A stretch of DNA of 64,000 bases. Origin: Ignavibacteriota bacterium (GTDB lineage Bacteria; Bacteroidota; Ignavibacteria; UBA10030). Of this stretch, positions 31,861-41,861 are shown piece by piece. A program made the translations under genes and the position numbers. Position 1 is the stretch's first letter. Each line of letters starts with the position of its first letter. The stretch lies in the NCBI GenBank assembly GCA_963727825.1, contig CAVSHO010000001.1, positions 288,001 through 352,000 on the forward strand, read 5' to 3'. Below the pieces are notes generated by a model that had not been told where the DNA came from, made no database searches, and worked only from the letters and a program-made list of their open reading frames with translations.

Positions 31861-32622
31861 TTATCCGAATTTTCCAGTGATATAATCATCTGTACGCTTG
31901 TCCATCGCCGATGTAAAGAGCCGTTTTGTTTCATTAAGTTCGACCAATTCACCCATCAGGAGAAATGCAGTTCTGTCTCCTACACGCGCCGCCTGCGCAA
32001 CGTTGTTAGTAACAAGAATAATCGTATATCGCTCCTTCAGCACGCGCATGGTTTCTTCAACACGTGCAGTCGAAATCGGATCAAGTCCGGATGTTGGCTC
32101 GTCAAACATAATTACTTCCGGTTCTACTGCCAGAATTCGGGCAATGCAAAGACGCTGTTGCTGTCCGCCTGAAAGATTCATAGCTGGAGTATGAAGCCGG
32201 TCTTTAACTTCATCCCACAAATACGCCTCACGCAAACCTTTCTCAACAATTTCTGAGAGCTTGGTTTTGTTTTTAATGCCATGCATACGCGGTCCATACG
32301 TAATATTGTCGTAAATGGATAACGGAAGTGGAAAGGGCAGTGCGAAGACAATGCTTACCCGTTTGCGGAGCGATTCTACATCAAGGTCGTCGATGTCTAT
32401 GCCGTCCATCAATATTTTCCCGGTTTTGCTGTATGTTGAATTTAGATCATTAAGACGATTCAACGACTGCAATAATGATGACTTACCGGAATTTGCCGGA
32501 CCAATGATTGTAAAAATTTCGTTGTTGTAAATATCAAGGTTCAAATTTTTAAGCGCTGTAACATTTCCAAAGTGGATTGTCAGGTCTTGAACAGAGATTT
32601 TTATGGTTTTTGCATCTACCAT
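31861..32622 (-). CDS. pstB: Phosphate ABC ATPase PstB with degenerate Q-loop and H-switch
   Basis: [14 protein letters not shown] in place of VFQx[13 protein letters not shown] in place of VTHN. Confidence 0.9.
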   Translation of the reverse strand: MVDAKTIKISVQDLTIHFGNVTALKNLNLDIYNNEIFTIIGPANSGKSSLLQSLNRLNDLNSTYSKTGKILMDGIDIDDLDVESLRKRVSIVFALPFPLPLSIYDNITYGPRMHGIKNKTKLSEIVEKGLREAYLWDEVKDRLHTPAMNLSGGQQQRLCIARILAVEPEVIMFDEPTSGLDPISTARVEETMRVLKERYTIILVTNNVAQAARVGDRTAFLLMGELVELNETKRLFTSAMDKRTDDYITGKFG

Positions 32623-33461
32623 CTTTTTCTCTTTCTAAATTGATAGCGGAGAATGATGGCGGCAAGATTGAGTGTGAGCACGAGCAAAAGCAAAACAAGC
32701 GCAGTTCCATAGCGAATGTTTTCCGGAATACCCGGCACTTGTGTGGAGATGACATATAAATGATACGGAAGCGCCATTGTTTGGTCGAACATAGATTGAG
32801 GCAGCTTTGGGAGATAAAACGCCGCGACTGTGAAAAGTATAGGTGCCGTTTCGCCAGCGGCGCGGCCGAGACCGAGAATAGTGCCGGTGAGAATTCCGGG
32901 CAACGCGTGCGGCAGTACCGAATGACGAATCGTTTGCCACTTGCTTGCTCCGAGTGACAAGCTAACAATGCGGAAAGATTGTGGAACACTTTCCAAGGCC
33001 TCGCGTGATGAAGTGATAATCACCGGTAAAATCATGATTCCGAGTGTCAGCGAACCGGAAAGAATAGAAGCGCCAAAACCTAAGAAAAGTACAAAGATAC
33101 CTAATCCGAAAAGACCATACACAACCGACGGCACGCCGGCAAGATTCACAATTGCCAGCTTTACTATTCGGCTTAATGCATTATCACGAGAGTACTCAAC
33201 AAGGTAAATTGCAGAAAGAACTCCGAGCGGCACAGCAAAAATTATTGCTCCCAGAACCAGATACAGTGTTCCTAAAATTGCCGGAAAAATTCCGCCTGCT
33301 GTCATTCCGTTTGTTGGCATCTCAAACAGAAAACTTAAACTTATTGCGCTTGCTCCCTTGATAAAAATAATGACAAGAATTATTACTACAGGCACTACGA
33401 CTAACAGTGTGCAGAGGAAGAGAACACTGAATGCGATTTTTTGTTTAAGCTGAACGTTCAT
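32616..33461 (-). CDS. pstA: Phosphate ABC permease PstA
   Basis: [18 protein letters not shown]. Confidence 0.95.
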   Translation of the reverse strand: MNVQLKQKIAFSVLFLCTLLVVVPVVIILVIIFIKGASAISLSFLFEMPTNGMTAGGIFPAILGTLYLVLGAIIFAVPLGVLSAIYLVEYSRDNALSRIVKLAIVNLAGVPSVVYGLFGLGIFVLFLGFGASILSGSLTLGIMILPVIITSSREALESVPQSFRIVSLSLGASKWQTIRHSVLPHALPGILTGTILGLGRAAGETAPILFTVAAFYLPKLPQSMFDQTMALPYHLYVISTQVPGIPENIRYGTALVLLLLVLTLNLAAIILRYQFRKRKRW

Positions 33462-33475
33462 CTATTCAGGATTTC

Positions 33476-34348
33476 TTATTTTTTGACTTTGTGAAGATAG
33501 ATATCGGCCACACCGTTAATTAGAAATGTAATGATGAATAACACAATGCCGATTGCGAAGAGAGCTGCATAATGCTCTCCGCCTTGCACAGTCTCGCCCA
33601 TTTCCGCGGCGACGGTTGCCGTCAAAGTGCGGACTGGTTGCAGAATACTGTGCGGAATCAGTGCCGCATTCCCGGTTACCATCATTACCGCCATCGTCTC
33701 GCCGATAACACGACCGATACCGAGCATGACTGCCGCGACCATGCCGGGGCGCGCTGCGTATGCGACGATGCGCCACGTTGTCTGCCATTTTGTTGCGCCC
33801 ATTGCGATTGCAGCTTCGCGGTACTGGCGCGGAACAGCAGTGACGGCGTCTTCGGCAATTGAAACAATTGTCGGCATAGCCATGAAAGCGAGCGTGATGG
33901 AACCGGTGAGTGCTGTGAGTCCCGTTGAAAGATTAAATATCTCTTTAATGAATGGACCCAGCGTTACCATGCCGATGAAACCTATCACAACAGAAGGAAT
34001 GGCTGCAAGAAGCTCAATGCCGGCTTTCAATACTTCCTTCGTTTTACGAGGTGCAATCTCTGCGATGAAGAGGGCGCTTGCAATTCCTATTGGAATAGAA
34101 ATAATTCCCGCGCCAGCTGTTACTAAAATTGAACCGATAATAAGCGGTAAGATTCCGAATTGCGGCGGGTCAGAGATCGGATACCAATTGCGGGCGAATA
34201 AGAAGTCCGATATCGGAACTCTCCAGAAAATTGAGAGCCCTTCCTTAAGCAGAAATGCAAAGATCAGCGCGACAATCACAATAGACATAATGCCGCTCAG
34301 GAAAATCATTCGCTCGATAAAGAACTCTTTTATTTTACGCAGTTGCAT
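33476..34348 (-). CDS. pstC: Phosphate ABC permease PstC
   Basis: ELLAAIPSV, RVIGETMAV. Confidence 0.95.
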   Translation of the reverse strand: MQLRKIKEFFIERMIFLSGIMSIVIVALIFAFLLKEGLSIFWRVPISDFLFARNWYPISDPPQFGILPLIIGSILVTAGAGIISIPIGIASALFIAEIAPRKTKEVLKAGIELLAAIPSVVIGFIGMVTLGPFIKEIFNLSTGLTALTGSITLAFMAMPTIVSIAEDAVTAVPRQYREAAIAMGATKWQTTWRIVAYAARPGMVAAVMLGIGRVIGETMAVMMVTGNAALIPHSILQPVRTLTATVAAEMGETVQGGEHYAALFAIGIVLFIITFLINGVADIYLHKVKK

Positions 34349-34355
34349 TTCGACT

Positions 34356-35240
34356 TTACTTGCTCTGTTCCAAAGATTTCACGGGAACAAAATCCAACTT
34401 CTTTACAACCTGTTGTCCTGCGGGTGAAAGCACATAATCGATGAACGTTTTTGATAATCCCTTAGCTTCGCCTTTTGTGTACATTAATAGCGGTCGCGAA
34501 ATAGGATATGCGCCGCTTATCACGTTCTCCATCGTCGGTGGGATTGCCGGAGAATTTTTATCTTTTGCTACTTTGAGCGCTTTTTCTTTGGCGGTGATAT
34601 AACCCATGCCGTAATAACCGATTGCATCCTGGTTTTGTGCAACTTCATCTGCAATCGCCTGCGAGCTTGACAGCAGCAATGCTTCTGCAGCAAATTCTTC
34701 CTTGCCGTCTGCTTTTCCGTGTCGAAGGACGTGCTCTTTAAAATAAACGTGAGTACCGGAATTCACTTCTCGCGATAAAAGTACGATCTTTGCATCGCGC
34801 CCGCCAAGTTCTTTCCAGTTCTTGATCTTTCCGGTGAAGATGTCAGCGAGCTGATCAATAGTCAGTTCCGAAATTTTATTTGCTGGGCTTACCACTACAG
34901 CCAGACCATCGAGAGCAACGATGATTTTCTTTGGAGCCGCCCCTTTCGATGCGACGAGTTCGATTTCGCTTTCTTTCATCTCACGTGATACTTCAGCAAT
35001 GTCGCACGTGCCGTTGATTAATGCTGTAATGCCGGTACCCGATCCGCCGCCGGTTACGGCAATTGAAGTGCCGGGATTTTGTTTCATGTAATCTTCTGCC
35101 CATGCTTGCCCAAGGTTCACCATTGTATCAGAACCTTTAATCTGCAGGGAATTTGATTGATTGCTGCTTCTCCGTGCACAGCCACTGAGGAGAAGCAATC
35201 CGATGACGGCTGGAACGATAAAGTTGATCGATTTAATCAT
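34356..35240 (-). CDS. pstS: Phosphate-binding lipoprotein PstS (short type)
   Basis: Lipobox LLSGC, KGSDTM, GGGSGTG, SREVNSGT, YPISRPL. Confidence 0.93.
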   Translation of the reverse strand: MIKSINFIVPAVIGLLLLSGCARRSSNQSNSLQIKGSDTMVNLGQAWAEDYMKQNPGTSIAVTGGGSGTGITALINGTCDIAEVSREMKESEIELVASKGAAPKKIIVALDGLAVVVSPANKISELTIDQLADIFTGKIKNWKELGGRDAKIVLLSREVNSGTHVYFKEHVLRHGKADGKEEFAAEALLLSSSQAIADEVAQNQDAIGYYGMGYITAKEKALKVAKDKNSPAIPPTMENVISGAYPISRPLLMYTKGEAKGLSKTFIDYVLSPAGQQVVKKLDFVPVKSLEQSK

Positions 35241-35308
35241 TTGATTGTTCCTTTATACAATGGTCAATTAATTCATTTTTTTTGTGATTTAAATATAGGT
35301 AAACATTC

Positions 35309-35336
35309 TGTAACAAGGTTGTTAAGAAATTGTTAA
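35309..35336 (-). promoter_or_regulatory. Putative Pho box upstream of pst operon 2
   Basis: Minus strand TTAACA-N5-TTAACA-N5-GTTACA (11-bp period), then a TATATT -10-like hexamer. Confidence 0.75.
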
Positions 35337-35423
35337 CAAATAGAACGGACGCAGATTGAATAGTACCCTAACGAGTAACATTAAAAGATAGAAGAAAGAA
35401 ACAGAGTGAGGAGATGGACGGTT

Positions 35424-36086
35424 CTACTTCTCTTCGGCGTGATGCTTCACAACGCGTGCTTGTGTATGGAAGATAACCTCTTCGGCTATATTCGTCGTCA
35501 TGTCTGCTACACGTTCAAGGTTCCGGCTTATGCGAATGAGCTCTAGGCCGATTTCGACGGATTTCTTTTCGGATTTTAGCAACTCAATTACTTCGTTAAC
35601 CAATGTACGGTTAAGTTCATCGATCTGGTCATCGGTTTCGAGCACGGAACGTGCCATTATAGGGTCAAGTAGGATGAAGCTATCAATTGAATGGCGCAGC
35701 ATCAATTTCGTCGCTGCTGACATTTTTGGAATTTCCAGCAAAGATTCAGGCTTTCTATACTTGAGCAGATTTAAAGCGGATTCAGCTATGTTCACAGCGT
35801 GATCGCCGATGCGTTCGAGATCGTTGTTAATCTTTTGCGCTGCGATAATGAAACGGAGATCGCTTGCGACCGGTTGCTGAAGTGCAAGGAGATCGATTAT
35901 GGAGTTATCGATCTCAATTTCCAATGAGTTCACTCTATTATCCGTATCGATGACATGCTGTGCTAGGCTGCTATTCTGTTCCAGCACTGATTGGATGGCA
36001 AAGTCGAAGTTTTCTTCAACTACACTTCCCATTTTGATAAGTGTGGTTTTAATACTTTCTAATTCATGCTGAAAATGACGTTCCAT
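35424..36086 (-). CDS. phoU: PhoU (operon 1)
   Basis: Close paralogue of the 30416 gene with the same motifs. Confidence 0.96.
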   Translation of the reverse strand: MERHFQHELESIKTTLIKMGSVVEENFDFAIQSVLEQNSSLAQHVIDTDNRVNSLEIEIDNSIIDLLALQQPVASDLRFIIAAQKINNDLERIGDHAVNIAESALNLLKYRKPESLLEIPKMSAATKLMLRHSIDSFILLDPIMARSVLETDDQIDELNRTLVNEVIELLKSEKKSVEIGLELIRISRNLERVADMTTNIAEEVIFHTQARVVKHHAEEK

Positions 36087-36115
36087 AAGGTCTGCTTCCT
36101 TCTTAAAGAGAATGA

Positions 36116-36913
36116 TTAACCAAATCTACCTGTAACATAATCTTCTGTTTGCTTGATCGATGGTGCGGTGAATATTTTCTTTGTATTGTCAAATTCAATA
36201 AGCTCGCCTATATAAAAGAAGGCTGTCTCATCGCTTACACGGGCGGCTTGCTGCATATTGTGCGTTACGATGACTATCGTATAGTCTTTCTTCAACTCAT
36301 AGATCAGTTCTTCAATTTTTGCCGTTGAGATGGGATCGAGTGCGCTTGCAGGCTCATCCATGAGAAGTACTTCCGGATTAACGGCAAGGGCGCGGGCGAT
36401 ACATAAGCGCTGTTGTTGCCCTCCAGAGATGCTCATACCGCTCTTCGAAAGGGAATCTTTCACTTCATTCCAGAGTGCTGCCTGCTGAAGGCTTCGCTCA
36501 ACTGTTTCTGCAAGGTGGCCGTTGTGCGCCATACCGTTAAACCGAAGACCTGCTGCAACATTATCAAAGATCGACATAGTTGGGAAGGGGTTGGCTTTTT
36601 GAAATACCATGCCAACTCGCCGCCTTAAATTCACAGGGTCGTTCTCATGAATATCTTCACCGTCCAGCAGGATAGTGCCGTTCATTGTTCCGCCTGCCAC
36701 TTCGTGCATTCTATTCAGGCATCGAAGGAAGGTTGATTTACCACAACCAGATGGGCCGATGATAGCAACGACATGATTTTTTTCAATTGAGAGTGATATA
36801 TTCCGGAGTGCCTGTGTTTTTCCGAAGAAGGCATTCACATTTTTCGCTTCGAGTTTGAGGTTCATTTCATGAGATACAAATGCTGATGACGGTTTTTGGA
36901 GTGTCTCTATCAT
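36116..36913 (-). CDS. pstB: Phosphate ABC ATPase PstB (canonical)
   Basis: [29 protein letters not shown]; start moved to MIETLQ behind an AAGGA RBS. Confidence 0.95.
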   Translation of the reverse strand: MIETLQKPSSAFVSHEMNLKLEAKNVNAFFGKTQALRNISLSIEKNHVVAIIGPSGCGKSTFLRCLNRMHEVAGGTMNGTILLDGEDIHENDPVNLRRRVGMVFQKANPFPTMSIFDNVAAGLRFNGMAHNGHLAETVERSLQQAALWNEVKDSLSKSGMSISGGQQQRLCIARALAVNPEVLLMDEPASALDPISTAKIEELIYELKKDYTIVIVTHNMQQAARVSDETAFFYIGELIEFDNTKKIFTAPSIKQTEDYVTGRFG

Positions 36914-36923
36914 TACGGTTTCC

Positions 36924-37787
36924 TTAATTCTGATGATCACCATAACGCCCGCGCGTAACAAAACGGAACGTAATGTTTACAATGAAAATGAGTACGATAA
37001 GTACAAATGCCGCGCCCCAGGCTTGTCTGTTCCAGTCTTCAAATGGAGCCTTAGCATAATCGTAAATAAAAACGGTTAACGATGCCATAGGGTGAAAAAT
37101 ATCGGTTGACCAAAACCGGTTTCCCAGAGCGGTAAATATCAACGGAGCAGTTTCGCCCGCCGCACGGGCTATGGCAAGAAGGACTCCGGTCATTATTCCT
37201 TTGAGCGCCGTCGGGAGAATAATTCTCAAAGTTGCCTTCCATTGTGGTATGCCGATTGCAAGCGCAGCTTCGCGGTACGAATGAGGGACAAGTTTGATCA
37301 TTTCTTCGGTGGTGCGCGTTGCTGTCGGAATCATAAGTATCCCGAGTGCGACACCTCCTGCAAGCGCTGAGTATTGTTTCATCGGAACGACCACTAAAAT
37401 ATATGCAACGACGCCAATGACGATGGATGGTACACCGCTGAGAACGTCAGTGAAGAATCTGACTATTTGTCCAAACGGGTTATTGCCATACTCTGCAAGG
37501 TAAATGCCGGCAAAGATACTGATGGGCAGTCCGAAGAGACATCCTAATCCAATGAGGATTGCAGTACCCATAAGTGCGTTTGCCATACCACCGCCTGTCT
37601 CGCCGACGGGTTTCGGCATATGAATAAGGAAATCAACATTAAGAGAACTGATTCCTTGTGCTAAAGTATAAAAGAAAATAAGAAACAGCGGAATAACAGC
37701 AATAACTACACTCATAATAGAGAGCGCGGTCATAGTCGTACTTTTTATCTTCCGCCAATTATATTTTTTAAAATCCATGTTCATCAT
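36924..37787 (-). CDS. pstA: Phosphate ABC permease PstA
   Basis: [18 protein letters not shown]. Confidence 0.95.
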   Translation of the reverse strand: MMNMDFKKYNWRKIKSTTMTALSIMSVVIAVIPLFLIFFYTLAQGISSLNVDFLIHMPKPVGETGGGMANALMGTAILIGLGCLFGLPISIFAGIYLAEYGNNPFGQIVRFFTDVLSGVPSIVIGVVAYILVVVPMKQYSALAGGVALGILMIPTATRTTEEMIKLVPHSYREAALAIGIPQWKATLRIILPTALKGIMTGVLLAIARAAGETAPLIFTALGNRFWSTDIFHPMASLTVFIYDYAKAPFEDWNRQAWGAAFVLIVLIFIVNITFRFVTRGRYGDHQN

Positions 37788-38707
37788 GTAATTTTAAATT
37801 TCTTTGTGATACTCCAGACAATCAATCGAGCAATGACATTCAGAACAATTGTGACCATAAAGAGAATTAATGCGATTTCGATAAGAGAGCTTGAATAAAG
37901 CTCGGTTGTTGCTTCAGCAAATTCATTTGCAATGACACTTGCCATGGAATGACCTGGATCAAGAAGCGAGGCGGAAATTTCAGCCCGGTTACCGATAACC
38001 ATCGTGACTGCCATTGTTTCACCGACGGCGCGGCCGAGGCCAAGTAATGCCGCGCCGAGAATACCGGATTTTCCGTCAGCAAGGATAATCTTTGTCGCTT
38101 CCCATTTTGTTGCGCCGAGGGCAAGGGCTGCTTCACGCTGCGAGTTTGGAATTGCCCGAAGCACATCTCGTGAAATAGAGGAGATGATAGGTAATATCAT
38201 AATAGCCAATATAATTCCCGCCGCAAGCATCCCAAATCCATAAGGAGCGCCACGGAAGAACGGTAAAGAACCGAGGTTGTCTGATAAGAAAGGTTCCACA
38301 GAAGTCCTCAGCCAGGGAACAAGAACAAATATTCCCCAGAGGCCATACACAATACTCGGAATAGCCGCCAGTAATTCAACGAGAAAAGAGACAGGACGTT
38401 CGATCCATTGCGGTGCGAGCTCAGAGAGGAAAACAGCTATACCAATGCTTAATGGAAGAGCTAACAACATTGCTAAAAACGAGGAAGTCACCGTACCGAA
38501 AATGTAGGGGAGAGCTCCGTATACATCCGCAACCGGGTCCCACACTGTGCCCGTAAGAAAGTTCCATCCGAATTTTTGAAGTGACAATTCTGATCCGCGG
38601 ATCATCTCGTATGCCATAAGGAATACAAGTCCGAACACGACGATCCCAAAGAACATCGTTATGTTCTTAAAAATTTTGTCTCCAGTATTTATATTTGTTT
38701 GTCTCAT
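37784..38707 (-). CDS. pstC: Phosphate ABC permease PstC
   Basis: ELLAAIPSIVYG, RAVGETMAV, IANEFAEA. Confidence 0.95.
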   Translation of the reverse strand: MRQTNINTGDKIFKNITMFFGIVVFGLVFLMAYEMIRGSELSLQKFGWNFLTGTVWDPVADVYGALPYIFGTVTSSFLAMLLALPLSIGIAVFLSELAPQWIERPVSFLVELLAAIPSIVYGLWGIFVLVPWLRTSVEPFLSDNLGSLPFFRGAPYGFGMLAAGIILAIMILPIISSISRDVLRAIPNSQREAALALGATKWEATKIILADGKSGILGAALLGLGRAVGETMAVTMVIGNRAEISASLLDPGHSMASVIANEFAEATTELYSSSLIEIALILFMVTIVLNVIARLIVWSITKKFKIT

Positions 38708-38726
38708 AATTTACGATCAACATAAC

Positions 38727-38765
38727 GCCGGGCAGTAACAATTCACCATTTGCTACTACCCGGCC
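38727..38765 (-). promoter_or_regulatory. pstS-pstC intergenic stem-loop (mRNA stabiliser or partial terminator)
   Basis: GCCGGGCAGTA...TACTACCCGGC imperfect inverted repeat. Confidence 0.45.
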
Positions 38766-38814
38766 ATTGCGCAGTAATAGTTGATGTTTCCAACCAAGGA
38801 GCTACACTGCGAAG

Positions 38815-39852
38815 TTATTTTGTTACGATAGAAGAAATTTTCTTTTCGCACATTTTAATTACATCTTTAGGCAATGGTGCATAATAGAGATCTTTTGCAT
38901 AGGATTGGCCTTCATTCATTGCCCATTTTAAAAACTTTACAATCTCTTGGGCTTTTTCCTTGTCTTTCATGTTCTTATAGATTAACAACCAGGTAAACCC
39001 GCTGATGGGATAAGAATCTTTTCCCGGTGCATCAGTCAGGGAGACACGGAAGTCCTCCGGCATATTCTTCGATGCGCCTGCAGCTGCAGCCGATACCGCA
39101 TCAAAGTTTGGTACGATAAAGTTCCCTTCCTTATTTTGGATGGCAGCATAGGATAATCCATTTTGGACAGCATAGGCTAACTCGATATACCCGATTGCAC
39201 CTTCCGATTGTTTCACTAAACCTGCAACGCCTTCATTTCCCTTTCCACCCAAGCCAATCGGCCAGTTAACCGATGTGCCTTTACCAATATTCATAGCCCA
39301 AGTTTTACTGATTTTATTCAAATAATCTGTAAATATATTTGTTGTGCCGCTTCCGTCTGAACGATGAGCAACGATAATCGATACATTGGGCAGCGTCTTT
39401 CCCGGGTTGATATCGGCAATCGATTTGTCATTCCACTTTCTTATCTGACCGAGGAAAATTTTTGCAAGAACATCTGGAGACAGGCGAAGGTCTTTGCCTG
39501 CTGCCGGAAGGTTGTAGGTTACTACAACAGCACCCATTACGGTCGGGATGTGCAATACATCTGAACCTTGCTTTTCTTTGATGGTATTCAATTGTCCATC
39601 TGTCAAAGCAGCATCAGAAGCACCAAAGTCTACTGTTCCGTCGGTAACTGCCTTGATGCCGCCGCCGCTACCAATAGATTGATAATTGAATTGCACGCCA
39701 TTTTGTTTGCTATACACGTCGAACCACTTTGAATAAATGACGTACGGGAATGTAGCACCGGCGCCATTGAGCTTCATCTGTGCAAGCGTTGTTCCGAAAA
39801 GGATAACAACAAGCGCCAGACTCATATATACTTTTGTAAATTTCATTTCCAT
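38815..39852 (-). CDS. pstS: Periplasmic phosphate-binding protein PstS (E. coli-like long type)
   Basis: GAGATFP, YQSIGSGGG, DFGASD, HRSDGSGTT, GKGNEGVA. Confidence 0.96.
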   Translation of the reverse strand: MEMKFTKVYMSLALVVILFGTTLAQMKLNGAGATFPYVIYSKWFDVYSKQNGVQFNYQSIGSGGGIKAVTDGTVDFGASDAALTDGQLNTIKEKQGSDVLHIPTVMGAVVVTYNLPAAGKDLRLSPDVLAKIFLGQIRKWNDKSIADINPGKTLPNVSIIVAHRSDGSGTTNIFTDYLNKISKTWAMNIGKGTSVNWPIGLGGKGNEGVAGLVKQSEGAIGYIELAYAVQNGLSYAAIQNKEGNFIVPNFDAVSAAAAGASKNMPEDFRVSLTDAPGKDSYPISGFTWLLIYKNMKDKEKAQEIVKFLKWAMNEGQSYAKDLYYAPLPKDVIKMCEKKISSIVTK

Positions 39853-39870
39853 CTCCTGAGTTATAAAATG

Positions 39871-39900
39871 GAATTCCGAAATCTTCCGATTTCGGAATTC
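39871..39900. repeat. Perfect 13-bp-stem hairpin between the porin gene and pstS
   Basis: GAATTCCGAAATC-ttcc-GATTTCGGAATTC. Confidence 0.7.
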
Positions 39901-39913
39901 TTACAATTATTGA

Positions 39914-41059
39914 TTAAAGAAAAACATAATACAATGTGAGGCGAGCGGTAACGGAAGCATTCGGTGTTGTACCGCCTTTTTGCGCTTCATACGTCTCATA
40001 GAGAATGTTCGGCATGATGGAAACATTCTTGTCAACTTTCCATGAAAGGCCGGCAATAATATAATTGCGAGCGAGGTAGCTGGCTGTGCCTGTTCCAAAA
40101 TGTGCCGGATCTTTCGGAGTATCATCTGTACTCGGATTGTAATTGTCATACCGCGCTACAATAGCAAGTTCCGGAATAATGTAGTACGAACCGAACACAG
40201 AAAATCCCATGGCATTCAAATCACTATAGGATTTTGCCGCGGTATCTTTCAGTGCGTTGGAAGTGGTTTGTAAGAACCCTTCGACACCGATGTTATAGCT
40301 GAACGGCTCACTGTAACCGATGAACAACGCAGTTGTCAGGGCACCGTTATTCACATAACTCTTCGTATAGCTATTTTGAATGTTTGCGACGTCTTTATAA
40401 TCTACATACAACGTTGCTTGAAGATTTGTCGTCGGTTTGAGCTGAATATGTGCATAGTAGCGTTTGTATTTATCTGTTTCCACATTGTTGCCGCTGCCAT
40501 TGGCAAACATTGCCCAGTAGTTTATCATTCCATCGTCCGTGATTTTTCCTTTGAGTGAAATTCCGAGATCACGTGAAGAAACGATCCCGCGTAAATCCAT
40601 AATCGTTTTTTCAAGAGAACGATATCCCCACGCTGCTTCAGAGACATCGTAGGCGGGGGTCGGTTGAACGCCGAAAATCAAATTGCTCCCGCTGAAAATA
40701 TTTTTCCACATCAAGTACGCATCTTTGACAAATACGCTAACCTTGGCGCTGGGGAGAACATCACCCGAAGCGGTCGGCGCACTTGTTGCAGCCGCCTGGT
40801 CGGCTTCTAATCGAAACCGGCTAGTAAACTGATCAGAAATGTCGTTATCATAAGCGAAATAGATGCGGCGGAGTTGGAATGCTTGAAATGCAGTTCCACC
40901 GGCCGGGCTCGCAACATTTTTCAGGTTTAGGATGTTTGCGTCTCGTTCGACATTATAATAGTAATCTCCAAACATGTACCCACTGAATTTTCCCTGGCCA
41001 ACGGCTACAGATAATCCAAGAACAATGAGAAGTGTAGAAATTGCTAGCATCTTCTTCAT
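39914..41059 (-). CDS. Outer-membrane beta-barrel, putative phosphate/polyphosphate porin
   Basis: Signal peptide, FQLRRIYF, VKDAYL, SSRDLG, amphipathic C-terminal ARLTLYYVFL; lies directly upstream of pstS. Confidence 0.75.
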   Translation of the reverse strand: MKKMLAISTLLIVLGLSVAVGQGKFSGYMFGDYYYNVERDANILNLKNVASPAGGTAFQAFQLRRIYFAYDNDISDQFTSRFRLEADQAAATSAPTASGDVLPSAKVSVFVKDAYLMWKNIFSGSNLIFGVQPTPAYDVSEAAWGYRSLEKTIMDLRGIVSSRDLGISLKGKITDDGMINYWAMFANGSGNNVETDKYKRYYAHIQLKPTTNLQATLYVDYKDVANIQNSYTKSYVNNGALTTALFIGYSEPFSYNIGVEGFLQTTSNALKDTAAKSYSDLNAMGFSVFGSYYIIPELAIVARYDNYNPSTDDTPKDPAHFGTGTASYLARNYIIAGLSWKVDKNVSIMPNILYETYEAQKGGTTPNASVTARLTLYYVFL

Positions 41060-41135
41060 AATTATTTATTCCTTTATATTAATGTTAGTGAAATGGATTG
41101 AGTTATTTTAAATCGAGAAGAAACGATTTCATGCG

Positions 41136-41324
41136 TTAGGTGATGAATGCTTTGACAAGAGTGCTCAAGATGAACATTGCAATTGTCACAAAGACTAAAA
41201 AGAAATAGAATTTTTTATTGGCTATCTCCTGAATTTCAACCCCTTGCGTTTCGTCAAAACCGAAGAGGTTGTAGATAAGTCGAAAGAGAAAGAGTTCGCG
41301 TTGGATTTTCTTTTTTGTTGTCAT
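41136..41324 (-). CDS. Small membrane protein (about 62 aa)
   Basis: C-terminal hydrophobic helix FYFFLVFVTIAMFILSTLV; co-oriented with the porin gene. Confidence 0.5.
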   Translation of the reverse strand: MTTKKKIQRELFLFRLIYNLFGFDETQGVEIQEIANKKFYFFLVFVTIAMFILSTLVKAFIT

Positions 41325-41339
41325 CTTCAAGGGTAAGAG

Positions 41340-41495
41340 TTATGCACCAAGCACTTGCACAATAATTGCAAAGAGTGCAAGAGCGAAACAAACCATACTA
41401 AGTGATACAATGAGCTCTATATTGCTGATGGGAATATTTTCTTCCATCCTAAAATCGTCAGCGGTAAGTATATTTCCTGCTATCCATTGTTTCAT
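41340..41495 (-). CDS. 51-aa membrane protein (not in the ORF track)
   Basis: MKQWIAGNILTADDFRMEENIPISNIELIVSLSMVCFALALFAIIVQVLGA; strong AGGAG RBS. Confidence 0.6.
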   Translation of the reverse strand: MKQWIAGNILTADDFRMEENIPISNIELIVSLSMVCFALALFAIIVQVLGA

Positions 41496-41551
41496 TTGAT
41501 ACTCCTAAATCTTCATTGTTCTCAACTTGCGATACAAATATCGCATGAAGA

Positions 41552-41597
41552 CATTGCCGGAAGTTAACCGAAAGATTACCAAATTGTTAAATGTAAA
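41552..41597 (-). promoter_or_regulatory. Putative Pho box upstream of the small-ORF/porin/pst operon 1
   Basis: Minus strand TTAACA, GTAATC, GTTAAC, GCAATG at 11-bp period, plus an upstream TTTACA. Confidence 0.55.
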
Positions 41598-41861
41598 TGG
41601 AAGCCGGACTGTGGTATTTCTGGAAAACAGGAACAACGATTTTATTGTAGCCAGGGATGGAGTTGCGGTTATAGCTTGATGCCAAAGAATGTTTTGGCTA
41701 AATTAATATAAGTGAAGACTATTCTGAATAAAAGACTCTAATGAAACAAGCATTCGAGAAGGTCAAGCAACTTGTGGCAGACTTCAATGAGCAAGAATCT
41801 GTACTAACACATTAAGCAGGCAAATTTAAATTATAACATAGTATAGTGGAGTATATAATAG

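Noticed and set aside
33627-34427. 266-aa plus-strand ORF
   Set aside because: Antisense shadow of pstC; most other short overlapping ORFs in the track were dismissed for the same reason.
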